The notes: a model not told the origin generated them from the sequence alone. A DNA stretch of 63,898 nucleotides, filler included, from Nemertoderma westbladi (GCA_032718475.1; 3 parts of 3 records of this genome joined end to end with filler, not necessarily neighbours in it), one strand, 5' to 3'. Shown: positions 13,796 to 25,861, numbered from the whole stretch's first letter. Numbers and translations are program-made.

Positions 13796-14350
13796 AGGAG
13801 AAAAGTAACCCCAGTGTGTTATACCGACGACGGCGAAAGCCAAGCTTTTCAAGAAGAGGACAGCGGGAAAGACACTGAACGATCTTACTATGTTAACAAA
13901 ACTTCAAAAGATGTAAGTAAATACAAGTCTCGAACCAATGATAGGAGAGAACAGGATGCCAAGACTCCTCCTCAGTCTCCTAACAGAATTCACGGAAGAA
14001 AGCCCGAAGAAAGAACGAGAGTGCATAACGTTATCCAAGGTAAAGTGAGTAACATCAAACCAAAATGTGCACTGTGCGACGGGCCCCACCGTTTGAGTGT
14101 GTGTGCTGAATTCCTAAAGAAATCCCTGGTAGACAGACGTGAAGTCATGTGGGATAAGTGGTTATGTTATAATTGCCTCAGACAAGGACACCAACGGCGA
14201 ACCTGTTACTCTGACGTAAGGTGTGCAAAGTGCGGTGCGAAACATCACATCTTGTTATACAGTGAATTCGAACGAAACAGCCCGAGTCAGGCAAGTGAGC
14301 CCGAACTACATGTGAATCTGATGTGAATCTACTCAGATCTACTCAGTGAT

Positions 14351-15523
14351 GTGAATGATACTGATCAAAGTTCTGAGATGGAAGGATTCTATACGGACGA
14401 ATTCTCCGATGCCAACGAATCCTGCTACCTAATAAATACCGCCGTGTATCGAGCACTTACGTATGAAAGGGACACCGAGAATGAGTTCCCCCCAACTACT
14501 TTTGACAGACAACCACCCTGGAAAGCAACAACTTCCAACGTAGGAATCCGAGAATTTCCTGTGGTGCAGGTAAGAGTCCACGGTCCAGACAAAGGTTACA
14601 TAGTGAACGCCCTCCTTGACTCCGGCAGCACAGGAACATTCATCAACCAAGAACTAGCCGAAGACATCTTTGCTGGACAACCCAAATTCCAAACTAAGTT
14701 AAACATGTCAGGAATTATGCAGGTTTGGAAATCTACCATAATTGCAGATTATTATGTAGGTGCGTTGTCCACCCCCCAGGATAAATTAGGAGAACAAAGT
14801 ATAAGGTCAGTAAAAATGGTGGCGATAAAGAACTTTGCTGCTACCCAAGTAGAACCTTATAACTGGGACGAGGACGAGTGTATCCAGCAACTTAAGATAC
14901 CTCGATTCCACACAGATTATCCTGGAGTGCAAATACTTATCGGCCAAAACGCGCATGAGGCGCTAGAGACATTGGAGAAACGGCCTGCTCAACCGCAGCC
15001 ACTACAAACCTATGCGGTAAGAACTCGAGTAGGTTGGTACTTCACTGGCCCTTCCCGAAGAACTCTCATAGAAATGTTACCCAAAGAACGGGTCTACCAA
15101 GTAAAGGAATGGGAAGAGGAGAGCAGTGAGGTGGACGACCTAACTGAGGGAACACCATACTCCTCAGATAATGACGATATTAACTCCAATGTAGATCAAT
15201 GGAGACATTGCCTTGGGACGATTAATCCAGCCGACCTCGCTTCCAGAGGAGCAACTCCTCAAGAACTGATAGATACTCCAGGCTGGTTAGGTGGACCCGA
15301 CTTCCTAAGTAAAGAAGAAGATGAATGGCCTCCTCATCTTACCACGGCGGAGATTAGACAGACCAAGGGAGCGGAGAAAGTAACACGACAACCCAATCGC
15401 CCAGCTGGTCGTTTATGTTTACTGGAAAGAGACCGAAAACTGTCCGGAAACTATGGAAGGCAAGATACTCTTCCTACGACCACTTCCCTAATCCGACAAA
15501 TATCTAGGGACTCCATAACGTAA
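14351..15523 (+). CDS. BEL/Pao aspartic protease fused directly to the RNase H C-terminal tail
   Basis: NALLDSGSTGTFI and ILIGQN protease motifs and AVRTRVGWYFTG, then QWRHCLGTINPADLASRG..WLGGPDFL..EWP; same frame as ORF 13733 across one TGA; no RT or integrase motifs. Confidence 0.85.
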   Translation: MNDTDQSSEMEGFYTDEFSDANESCYLINTAVYRALTYERDTENEFPPTTFDRQPPWKATTSNVGIREFPVVQVRVHGPDKGYIVNALLDSGSTGTFINQELAEDIFAGQPKFQTKLNMSGIMQVWKSTIIADYYVGALSTPQDKLGEQSIRSVKMVAIKNFAATQVEPYNWDEDECIQQLKIPRFHTDYPGVQILIGQNAHEALETLEKRPAQPQPLQTYAVRTRVGWYFTGPSRRTLIEMLPKERVYQVKEWEEESSEVDDLTEGTPYSSDNDDINSNVDQWRHCLGTINPADLASRGATPQELIDTPGWLGGPDFLSKEEDEWPPHLTTAEIRQTKGAEKVTRQPNRPAGRLCLLERDRKLSGNYGRQDTLPTTTSLIRQISRDSIT

Positions 15524-16044
15524 TACATCTGGAGTGGGTGTATGACTATATTATTTTATCCATTTTATTATATTTTTATTTTTATGTATGTATTATTATG
15601 TAATTTTATTATAATCATTTTCTTTAATTTTATTTAGTAGAATGTTATTTTAGCGATTATTTAGTAGATTAGTGCAATATATATTAGTGTTTATTACTTA
15701 ATTACATATCTATTATATATTTAGTGTGACGGCGAGAAATAATTTTTTCTCTTTCCTTACTGTCCGTATCATATTATAAATACGTGGCTACAGTAAGATG
15801 AAATGTCCGTACTTCTTAAAGTACAATAAAGCCACTACTATATTCAAGTATTATTGGTAGGCAGAGTATTAGGAATGCAAAATTCAGATCCTCGTGTCTC
15901 GGCTAAACCAAGCTCTGGGTAGACCTTGGAAACGACTTGCCTCTTCACACTGACATTGCTTCGTGCGATATTGCTCTTCTACCTTATATTAAATAATACA
16001 TATAGTAGCGTGATGTCCATATAACAGTAGCGTAAAACGCAAAT

Positions 16045-16345
16045 AAATCTGTTAAACTTTTTGACCATCTGTAATTCTAGTCGATTAAGATATCGTGGCA
16101 CCCACCGATATACTTGAAAGACAAATTCTAGAATCAGTGGTTCACGTCCCCAGACAAGCTCTGGAATAAATCGGTGCCCATCTTAAATATTAATTTAATA
16201 TTTAGTAAAATCTGTAAAATTCAGATCCTTTAAATTTCTAGTCAATTAAGATATCGTAGCCCTTACCGATACTCTTAAAAGACAAATTTCATAGAATTAA
16301 GGATCCTATGTCCCCAGACCTGTTCTGGAATCAAATTGTGTCAAT
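16045..16345 (+). repeat. Two diverged ~160-bp tandem units in the 3' untranslated region of the LTR element
   Basis: AAATCTGT..TTCTAGTC.ATTAAGATATCGT..ACCGATA..AAAGACAAATT..GTCCCCAGAC..TCTGGAAT occurs twice. Confidence 0.75.
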
Positions 16346-17028
16346 TTTAACATCAAGTAATAAAATTCACGGGAATAAATTTAAATTCATATTTTAAATG
16401 AATTTCATAAATTGTCATTTTGTACAATTTATAACATTCCCAAAATTCCATTAATTAATAGATCATGGGAGCGGAGATTCATCATATTGAGTGTATTAGA
16501 GTGCGAGAATCTCCAACATATAGTCAATAGCCGATAAAATTAATAAAATCATGCATAAAGAGAATATTGACAATTAAAGAATTATTATTAAATAGCATCC
16601 CAGATCTGTATGCATGAGAATTACCCTAATTCTACCGCTAGCATTCCATAATGTCACCATAGCAACACCCACGCTAGAATTAGAAGCAAGTTAAAAGAAC
16701 AATAGAAAGCTTGTCCCATTGCATGGCATAGAGAATATATAGCACACTGTTAGTATCCAAGGATACACAGTAATAGCAAATTGAAACGGCAGATACCCCG
16801 ACCATAATCCTACACCTTCTGATGCAATCCTATTGCACCCTTCACCCAGGAGTTATAGCCCTCCTAGTAAAGTGGCTCGCCCCAAAGAGAAAAGGACTAT
16901 TGCTAGCCTCAAAAAAACTGCGTAAACGCCATCCGCGCAAGAAAGACTAACTGTTTAGAGTATTTTTGTATTTTTGAAACTGTGATTTCGTATATTTTAT
17001 AGACTTAAATCCCATTTTCTGGGAGCGG

Positions 17029-18251
17029 TGTAAAAGCTTTTGTGGGATATAACTGGACCTTTTGCTCCGCAATCCAGTTTCCCCCAATGCGCTCAAATAC
17101 TCTAAAAACCTACTGTAAAAGCCTTGCGGATATAATCAGTCCCTTTGCCCGCAAAGTACCATGTAGGTGTTTTAGCGGACATAAAAGTCATTCTTTCTGT
17201 ATGTGTACTTTGGCGGACATAACAAGACACTAATGCCGCAATACGCCAAACCCTCTAGCACAGTGTAGCTTTGATGATTCAGATTACGACATCTACCAGC
17301 TGGTTTGCTGACATGGAAACGGCCATTGGATCCATGGGTTCTTTGTTTGGCTTAACAGCCAATCAGAGCGATTTTCATTTTATGCGTGGAGATACTCTGC
17401 AGATCGTACTAGGCGAGTTCAGTATTGGTTTTTCCTAGGCCAAGAACACCAGCTTTGGAATGATTCTGTGTTTCAGACTTTAGCCAACATTAGAGCGGCT
17501 TTAATTATAGGAACACATAACTGTTATCTTACTCAACTCAACTTAACTCAGTATTACAAACACCGCATTATTTTACTGCTATTTACTGTTGGTTATTAAT
17601 TGTATCAGTTGATTGAATATTGTTATTTGGAGAATATCGATAAATGATCACTAAACCCCAATCTTCTTGATACACTAAAGGTTAGAGAGACCGGTTACAT
17701 ATAGCAATTGCGACTTACATTATCGTGGTTTGTAGTGAGTCTAATGCTATTTTATAGGCCCTACAAATGTCGGTTGCTATTCTCTTTATATATGATTAAA
17801 ATCAGTGAAGATCGGCAGATCAGTGTGCAGTATTGTGTGGTAGTGTGTATGAGCTTGACTGATAACAAAGCATCTCCTAAAGAATGCGCCTTATGTGTAA
17901 ATCCTAAGCCATCCCGTTGTGTTTAGTATAAGTCATAGCTCTGTTTACATAGATAGAGCGCCACGTCCTAAAGGAACTGCTAATATTTCCCGAAAGTTAA
18001 TAATATTTGTCAGAGATTATATATTAACGATCAATCGAATAGTACAGTAGGCCTACACCGCAATAAGATTAAAGCTTTCGAATCCAGTCTCCCGGGTATA
18101 TCCAACGGGTGAATGGTCGCGCATAGGCTGGCTTCGGCTAATGTAGTGTTTATTTGTATCAAATACTTGTCATAGGCTAAAGTCGATTTATAAACTAAAA
18201 GACATATAAATTTGGCAGGTTAAACTGCTAAAGGTCTTAAAAGCGCGAACA
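17029..18251 (+). repeat. 3' LTR
   Basis: TG...CA termini, preceded by a purine tract and followed by TSD CTCCT. Confidence 0.95.
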
Positions 18252-18440
18252 CTCCTTTTCCCGATTTTTGGGTATACAGTATTCGATCGAAAGAGTACGT
18301 GTACGCTAACAATTTAAGAGTAATATTACATACAGTAAGTTGTGAAATCGGTATTACTGTTGGCATTAATATGTAAAAATTTTTCAGCAATCTAACGTGT
18401 AATGTATACCTACTGTACTTTATGTTACCCTGTTAGGTTA

Positions 18441-19484
18441 TTCGACAACATTTGTGTCTACTGTTGATGGTGACACAGAACCATTTGAAGTGTTATGGGG
18501 CGTCCTCCAAGGAGACACACTTGCACCATTCTTGTTCATTATTGCGGTTGACTATGTTCTACGCATGTCCTTAGATCATTATAATGATGATGGGGTGATG
18601 ATAACTCCACCTACTGGCTCCAGAAGTCGAGGAAATCCTGCCAAGTACCTAACTGATCTAGACTTTGCTGATGACTTAGGAGTACTATCAGAATCATTAG
18701 AGGGAGCCCAACGGCTCCTCAGCTCATTAGAACATGCTGCTTCTAGTGTTTGTCTTTTTATTAACTCCAGAAAAACCAAAATTCTGACAGTTAACTTTGA
18801 AAGTCCTCAGCAAGTCTCTGATCGGATGAGCATAAGCTCAAAGGATGGTATGCTTGAGCATGTGGACGACTTCTGTTACCTGGGATCATGGATCCGGAAG
18901 TCAGGTGAGGACCTTCGAATACGTAAGGGAAAGGCATGGGCAGCCTTGAATAGGCTTTCCAGGATTTGGAAGTCACCGAGAATTAATCGGAAACTTAAGG
19001 TCCGATTATTTAGAGCAGCAGTTGTTCCAGTACTCCTCTACGGGAGTCCATGCTGGGCTCTAACTGCTGAGGACACCAAATCTCTGGATGGCACATTCAC
19101 AAGAATGCTACGCCGGGTTCATTGTGTCAAGTACAATGCACACATCTCCAACCATTCACTATATAACATTGGAGGTGTCTCATTGGTTCCCCCAAGCTTG
19201 ACACTAGAACAAAATCGCCTCCGCTTTGCAGGACATTGCTTTCGCCGTGAGGACCAGCCAGTGCATAATCTTGTACTTTGGCAGCCTCATGGAGTGAATA
19301 AGCATGGTGGACAGCCCATGACTTTCTTGAGACGCATCTTAAAGGACACTGGCCTTAAAGATGCGGATGATCTAGCAAATGTCATGAGTGATAGGGAGTT
19401 GTGGCGGTGCAATTTTGTTGACAAGCCGGCACAGCATTCTTAAAAATGCAGCTGCAATGCAGCATGCCGATCCTAGTAGTAGTA
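18441..19484 (+). mobile_element. 5'-truncated RTE-clade LINE, same family as 12180-13795
   Basis: 9-bp TSD GTTAGGTTA (18432-18440, 19485-19493), (TAG)n tail, RT ORF 18454-19443 nearly identical to the first copy. Confidence 0.92.
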
Positions 19485-20609
19485 GTTAGGTTACCCCTCC
19501 CTATAAGAAAATACAATATGTCAGTATGTGTGTGATTATTTTGTGTGAATGATTTTTACCCTTTCGCGAGTCGCACATGCACTGGTTTCGGAAACTTGGG
19601 TTTCATTGAATTTTTAAGTACAAAAAATCAAGTGCTGGCGGAATTTATTGCATCGAAACGAAGAGTTTGGGTTAGGCCTACTTTACATACATTTTCTGCC
19701 ATTTTTTATACAAAGGTAAATGCTGAGTGATAAAATAAAAATATGCATTGCGTGTGCAATAAATCGTTAAAATGCATCAATGCGTCTTTTCACCTATTGT
19801 CACACGAATGGTTCTGTCTACATTGTGTCTGACCCAATTCCACACGATGTAACGCTCTCAGCTGTCCCGAGTAGAGACTCCCATCACTATCATCGTGTTA
19901 ACCTATTGTATACACACTGTGGAATGGAAATAAATTCTAGTATTTTCTATCATTTATTTTATATTACTTTATTATTTAATCTATTATATTTATTAGTTTT
20001 TTTTTACTTTATTCCAGTTTACCCGCCAGGGGAAAATTGTTAGGCCTAGGCCCGCTCATGTTATTTATTTATTTTATGCCTTGGCCGCTCGTGTTATTTA
20101 TTAATTTGTAATTAGTGTCTCCCCCCAAAATTCCCAAGCCCCATTTTTATATTTCTACCCCCAAACAAAACCCTTTTAGAAATCTAGGGTATCTGGATGG
20201 GTTTGGTATATTGTAAATTAATAGTGGCTTCTTGATAAACATGATGTAGTTGGTTATTTTTCCCGAGATTAGTTGGTAACAACACATTTATTACCCTCGG
20301 AACAGGAAAGCCTCGGCTACGCCTCGGCTAGTTCCTGTTCCTCGGGTTAAAATAACCGAAAAAATAACAAAATATCAGGGTAATAAATATAGTGATGGTA
20401 TCCACAGGTTATTTAATATAGATACTATTATAATATCATAATAGGTCTTACATTACCTGTTTACTATTTTGCTTTCGCTGTACTCATTTCACCTGGGAAA
20501 AGCTTCAATGGAAGATATTTAATATTATATATAGGAATTATAGGCATGCCCCTTCGGGAAATGATTATTTTATCATGATGACACGGACAAGCTTTGCCAC
20601 AACGATAAT

Positions 20610-21908
20610 ATGATTAAGTATCATAACTACTTTATTGGGGTTGTCTTAATCAGTACCATTATTTTTTGTGTCTATGTGTATTTCGTTCAAACGGTCTTCA
20701 CAAAGTTTACCATTCAGCAGGTGGGAAGGTACAATCAGCTGTTACAGTCAGATGGAAACAACTGCCCAAACAATGTCGAGGTTTTCGAACTTTTGGATTC
20801 TGATGAATTTCTCCTTAAACAAATCGATAATGATTACAGTTGTCTGAAGGAAGCTACATACTTCCCGCACAGTCTGTCTATAGGAAAATGCGTGTGTCGG
20901 CCTGGTTGGAACGGACACCAGTGCAACATACCGAACATCATACTCAGCTCTACACTGCCAACCACAATCAAGCCTATTTTACGCAAAGTTCCCCGTCGTA
21001 TTATCAATGCGTTCCCTATAAGCATTGAATTCGAATTACTACAAGCGAGATTTCACGAACTTTCAGGATTAGTGGACGTCTATGTTATTCTAGAATCGAA
21101 CAATACAATGAATGGATCGGCTAAACCGTTGTTTCTACGTGACAAACTCAGAGAAGGTGTTTTCGGAAAAGAAGCCAAGAAGATATTATACGTTTGTTTG
21201 GATTATTTCCCCAAAGGTGCGGACAAGAATGGTTGGATTTCTGATGACTTGCACCGAAATTACATCGGGGAGGCAGGATTGGCTAAACGACTACGCGGAT
21301 GGCGTCATGATGATTGGTTTATTCTAAACGACGCGGACGAGATTCCGCGTCGTGAATTAGTTATGTTTCTTCGTAGTCATGACAATATTCCCTTTCCCGT
21401 CAGCATCCGCTACCAGACGACAAGCTTTGGATTCTTTTGGGGTAACAAACGGGCTTCAGAACTACAAACCGCCGCTCCTATGGCCTATATGCGCGACATT
21501 ATAAACTATAAATGTAATGAATTGAGGAGTTTAAATGAACAACGTTTGCAAACTGCGGCATTAACGTCCTTCAAGAAGTCATTCCCTGAACTACCTGTAT
21601 CGGCGTGGACCGCAGGAACTGGTCGCAGCTACGGCGGATGGCACTGCTCCTGGTGTTATAGAATAGAGGGAATACTATGGAAACTAGTGTCTGCACCTAA
21701 CACTGACTACCCCCGATGGGGAGATTACCCGGAGAAGCAGGACTTGGGATATATTCGCGGTTTGGTCGCTAAGGGCATGTGGTTCACTGGGGATCAGCAG
21801 GCCTATGTGGCCAGGGATCATACGGCTACCGATTATGCACCCAAATACATTATGGAGCACAAAATAGAGTTATCCTACTTACTTTACAATCCATATACTA
21901 ACACATAA
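20610..21908 (+). CDS. MGAT3: Beta-1,4-mannosyl-glycoprotein 4-beta-N-acetylglucosaminyltransferase (GnT-III, GT17), single-exon CDS
   Basis: N-terminal TM anchor, CVCRPGWNGHQC stem, PRRIINA..EFELLQARFHEL..VDVYVILESN, DADEIP DxD motif, GGWHCSWC, DYPRWGDYPEK. Confidence 0.92.
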   Translation: MIKYHNYFIGVVLISTIIFCVYVYFVQTVFTKFTIQQVGRYNQLLQSDGNNCPNNVEVFELLDSDEFLLKQIDNDYSCLKEATYFPHSLSIGKCVCRPGWNGHQCNIPNIILSSTLPTTIKPILRKVPRRIINAFPISIEFELLQARFHELSGLVDVYVILESNNTMNGSAKPLFLRDKLREGVFGKEAKKILYVCLDYFPKGADKNGWISDDLHRNYIGEAGLAKRLRGWRHDDWFILNDADEIPRRELVMFLRSHDNIPFPVSIRYQTTSFGFFWGNKRASELQTAAPMAYMRDIINYKCNELRSLNEQRLQTAALTSFKKSFPELPVSAWTAGTGRSYGGWHCSWCYRIEGILWKLVSAPNTDYPRWGDYPEKQDLGYIRGLVAKGMWFTGDQQAYVARDHTATDYAPKYIMEHKIELSYLLYNPYTNT

Positions 21909-22110
21909 AAATTATGTTATTTTATGATTGAACACAAGGAAGTACAAACATGAATAGTTCTGGGCACTACTACAGCCCATCCATTTTTACCAACTTTGAT
22001 GAATCAATTAGTTATTTTTCTCTGATAATTTGAAAAATGTAAAATTTTCCCTTATGGTCACACATAATAACGAAAATATGATAGCCCAATCCATAGCGAA
22101 TAAATCTTCT

Positions 22111-22203
22111 ACCGTCCTGGTAGCTCAGAGGACACACACTCGGCTGTTGATAACCGGAAGTTTGAAACCTAGGTACCGTGTTCGAGCCCCAATAGAGGCC
22201 GTT
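22111..22203 (+). mobile_element. tRNA-derived SINE head or tRNA pseudogene
   Basis: A-box-like TAGCTCAGAGG and B-box-like GTTCGAGCCC; partial second copy at ~44733-44800; does not fold as a canonical tRNA. Confidence 0.6.
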
Positions 22204-23892
22204 AATATTTTTTGATTGTACTATAACATAAATATTTATAATAACGAAAACTAACGAAATATGACGAAATTTATGGGAAAGCAATCAATGGGAAAGTAGT
22301 AAGTGTGAAGAAGTAAGTAGGCTTAGTCTAGTTCATTAGTTCCCTATTGGAATAATGACCCTGAACCAATGGCTAGTCTTTATTTTGATTAACAGTGCTT
22401 ATAACTCAATTAATCTTAATTAAATATGGATTAGAATTTACAGGGTTAGAATTTAAAAAATTGTTATATTCCTCCCTCATACATAAACTGATAATTTCTT
22501 ATTTCGCTATTATTCTTGCAAGTTGGTTTGTATTACCACCAATATTCCTATAACATTTATTCTACCCTTACATTTTCATTAGAATATCTTTTAAATAAAA
22601 AATAAATGAACAGGTTACTGTATCAGGTTATTCTTCTAACCAAAACAACAAAGGATATTGAATGTGCAGGTTTCACATGTCACTTACGGTAGATTTGGTC
22701 AGTTTAAAAGTATTCAACTAAAGACATACACATACTTTGGCAATAACAGTTTGTCAGTTTGCTCTCTTTGAGAGGTAATGCAAATGTATTTTTGGAAAAT
22801 ATTCCTAAATTCCAAAGTTGCGAACATTCAAGATTTACGCATATGTATCCAAATACATATATTTCATTGGATATACATGTTTGTCCGTTTCCAACCTAAA
22901 GACTCACTTTTACGTCCTCAGCGGCGATATTCAAAAATAGAGATCAAATACAATATGCATCACTACTGTAAATAAAATTAATTACACAACACAATAAACT
23001 GACCTAGAATGGGGTAAGGTAAAATAAGTAAAATTATTCGTATTATGGGAATAACTGAAATTAGGTGCATATAGTCAAGCATGCACTAACTATTAATTAT
23101 TGACAATCTTGGGTAGATCACTAAAATATAGTTATAAACACAATCATTAATTAAAATCTAAATAAAATTCTTTAAAATTAAATTATCAATTTAAAAATTT
23201 GCGGCACTTTAACATAGGTAATTGTCACATTTGGATATAAAGATATTTATTGAAAAGTTAAAGAATTCTAGTAAGACTTCCCTTCTATAATCAGAGTTAC
23301 CTGCGTCGCGGTTGTGATATTACAAATTAATTATCTTACAAATTATATAACTTGTAAAGCCATACTTCGATGATTAAAATGTTCTAAATAAAAATTTGCT
23401 AAATCAATGGTATATGTTTTTAGAAAAGCTTGCCAGTGCCAGCCAGATATGTACAGTATGTACTGGTAATGGGTGCCAAACACACGTTGGGATAGACAGA
23501 CAACAATATCGCTAAACTCCCGAGCTGAACTGTATCTTACTGACTTCATGACTTCATGGCTCGCCCCTCACTTTTTCGTAATTTACAGAACAAGTTGGTT
23601 TACAAAGATACATTGGTAGCACTATACTGAAATGCCAATAATTGAAGAATGAATCAGAGCCCCCCAAACTGACTCTGACAGTCATTAAAGGCCCAAGTCC
23701 TCAAGTGTGAATGAATATGATAATAGGGTTAAAAAACAGATACAAATCGACAGATTCAATTCCGAGAAGTAGTACACAAGCAGTCATACATTTAATAGTT
23801 CTAATAAATGTTTCAGAAACCGGGATTATTATGAATTAGCGAAAAAACATCATTCTGCATTCGATCATATAAATTTAACATATGCAGTGAAT

Positions 23893-24190
23893 TCATTTGT
23901 TTTTCAATATAAATCGATGACTTAGATAGGCCCAGGTTTCATCATCCAGACTATCGTTATGGGTGACCCAGGCGTGTTTAACAATATTAGTGGTCCCGGA
24001 TCCCCAATAGAGTGACTTGTTGCAGACCAGACATCGAACTCGGCGTGAATCCTCGGCCATCAGCGTGTAATACTTCCAGACCAGGTTGGTAGCCTTCAGC
24101 GGTATAGTTTGGCCGCTAGCACGAATGCCGTCCAACACAGATATCACTCGGTGTTCTGAGACAACCCCAATTGGCCTTGTACGCACCGTA
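23893..24190 (-). CDS. BED zinc-finger cassette 1 (putative terminal exon)
   Basis: VWKYYTL..RVRCLVCNKSLYWGSGTTNIVKHAWVTH; acceptor TCGTTTTCGTATTGTTTTAG ends at 24191; no ATG before the finger; ATTAAA about 100 nt past the stop. Confidence 0.75.
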
Positions 24191-24649
24191 CTAAAACAAT
24201 ACGAAAACGAGACTCCTTAACTTAGATATCCTCTGTAACGCCACTCGATTCACATCCCTTATATTCAATTGTTTCTAGCCCAACAATTTTTCGAGCACCC
24301 ACCCTTTGAACCCCAATGACTTATGCTTTATAAGTATAATAAAATAATATTTGATTATAAACACTTCACAAATAAAGGACCAGTATATTTTAGTAATAGA
24401 TGTAACTGCAATAATCGATATAACACGACTGTGAACATACATTTAATACTGCACAAAATAAAAATAACTAACACTAATACAGTTAATAAATATAGAATCT
24501 ATTAAATAAATATGTATAACTATAGTATAGAATGCATTACAATCAAACAATTAATACTGCAAGACTTAATTACTTAATATTACTAAATTTATTAATTCTA
24601 TTTAGGATATTTATAGTTAGCCTACCTACCGATGCCACTTAATACACGT

Positions 24650-25258
24650 TCGTGGGGACTTCGCGCAGCACGTAGTCGGCAAGCCTTGGCATACGGTTCA
24701 TATAGAGCAAATGGGGCATGTCTAGTTTGGACCCCATATCCCATGCTATAAATGTATTCATTCGATATACAATCATATGTTAATCCGCTAGGTGGTGTCA
24801 AATTGTTATTCTGCAATTTCGTACTTACCAGTGCAGCACTGTACAGCAGTACCGTACCGGTAGGCCTATGTCATTACTTCTGAGTCTCTAGCGGATCCCC
24901 AATTAAATGTCTTAACTTTTCAATTTCGTAAAAGATAGACTTCATGATTCTCTACAGGCCACCAAAATTTCAGCTCAGGAAAATGAGGCCTTCCCGAGAA
25001 ATTTAACATTTTCTAAAAACCACATAATCTGTCGTAGCTGACGTCAGACTGCATGATTTTTCACCAAACTTTACAAACTTTCTAAACTTTCTCTCTACTA
25101 CTTACCTACTAAGTTTGGTTCAATTCCGAACGAGCGATGCCGAGAAATTCGCGTTCAAACATTTACCAGACAGACGGACGGACAGACAGACGGACATGCC
25201 CCATTTGCCCTATATGAACCGTATGCAAAGGCTCGCCGACTACGTGTCTCGCCCCACA
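24650..25258. mobile_element. Helentron-associated (DINE-1/HINE-like) non-autonomous repeats, two inverted ends
   Basis: 24650-24722 is the inverted copy of ~25192-25258; CAGACGGACGGACAGACAGACGGAC microsatellite; related GGCTCGCCCC ends at ~23558, 34728, 36541, 62583. Confidence 0.55.
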
Positions 25259-25409
25259 GTCAGTATGGTGTCATTATAAAATTAAGTGCAATTTTTTCAT
25301 ATGTTAAAGTTGTGACGATCGGATATATCGGACTTATTTTCTCACAACAGAGTTTCATAATAATTCAGTTTCATAAAATTAATTAGTTTAGTAATTAGTT
25401 ATTAGTTAC

Positions 25410-25770
25410 AAGGGTGTCTGGACCGCGAGGGCCGGGTGGTAGGGGGAGTGCGAGCAGACCTGGTCGCTCGGGGAGTCTGGGAACATCAACGGGTGGCGTC
25501 GTTTGATATATCGTTAATAAACGCTGACGCTGTGGGGGGCTTGCGGTGCAGGCTCAAGAAGCGCCACTACCGCACCGTCTACGAGGACAGGAGGATGTCA
25601 TGCGCGAAAGGGGCCTCGCATGTGTCCTGGGGGGTGTTCGCCGGAGGCTGCAGTTTGCGCTCCTCGGGTCCAGCTCCCTCTGCCTCCGTGGCGGACGGCG
25701 GTCTTGGCGAGGGTTTGGGGATGGGGCGGGGATCCGTGGGGTGGGTTTGGCGGGGAATTATTGAATTCGG
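25410..25770 (+). pseudogene. CRE-like non-LTR retrotransposon restriction-like endonuclease fragment
   Basis: GC-rich island translating to GVRADLVARGVWEHQRVASFDISLINADA..KKRHY. Confidence 0.65.
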
Positions 25771-25861
25771 GGCGTTATACTTGTACATATCCACATATAA
25801 TTAAATATAATTAATAAAAAATATAATTATTGGTGCTGGTATATTATCTATATGGCATATC

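Larger units (their letters stand above)
9209..14326 (+). pseudogene. gag: BEL/Pao Gag (long N-terminal extension with coiled coil, DUF1759-like domain, zinc knuckles), disrupted
   Basis: ORFs 9209 and 10154 share a frame separated only by TGA 9905-9907 and TAG 10100-10102; frameshift near 11590 into KFNGDEMKWLPF..LSNGEKLRFLIECLEG..LNIRYG; removing the RTE restores KPVSRRKV-TPVCY; knuckles CALCDGPHRLSVC, CYNCLRQGHQRRTC, CAKCGAKHHILL. Confidence 0.88.
5165..18251 (+). mobile_element. BEL/Pao LTR retrotransposon, non-autonomous (Gag-protease only)
   Basis: 1223-bp LTRs at 5165-6387 and 17029-18251, 5-bp TSD CTCCT (5160-5164, 18252-18256), purine tract GGGAGCGG before the 3' LTR, BEL-type gag and protease motifs. 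Confidence 0.93.
3691..20392. mobile_element. Non-autonomous hairpin-ended DNA element, copy 2, interrupted by a BEL/Pao LTR element and an RTE LINE
   Basis: Same left and right ends as copy 1; about 2.5 kb of non-coding sequence remains after removing the two insertions; one hairpin arm is partly deleted at ~20296 between ACCCT microhomologies. Confidence 0.7.

Noticed and set aside
22111-22203. Functional tRNA-Ile(GAT)
   Set aside because: Stems pair poorly, the variable region is oversized, and a second partial copy with a similar tail suggests a SINE
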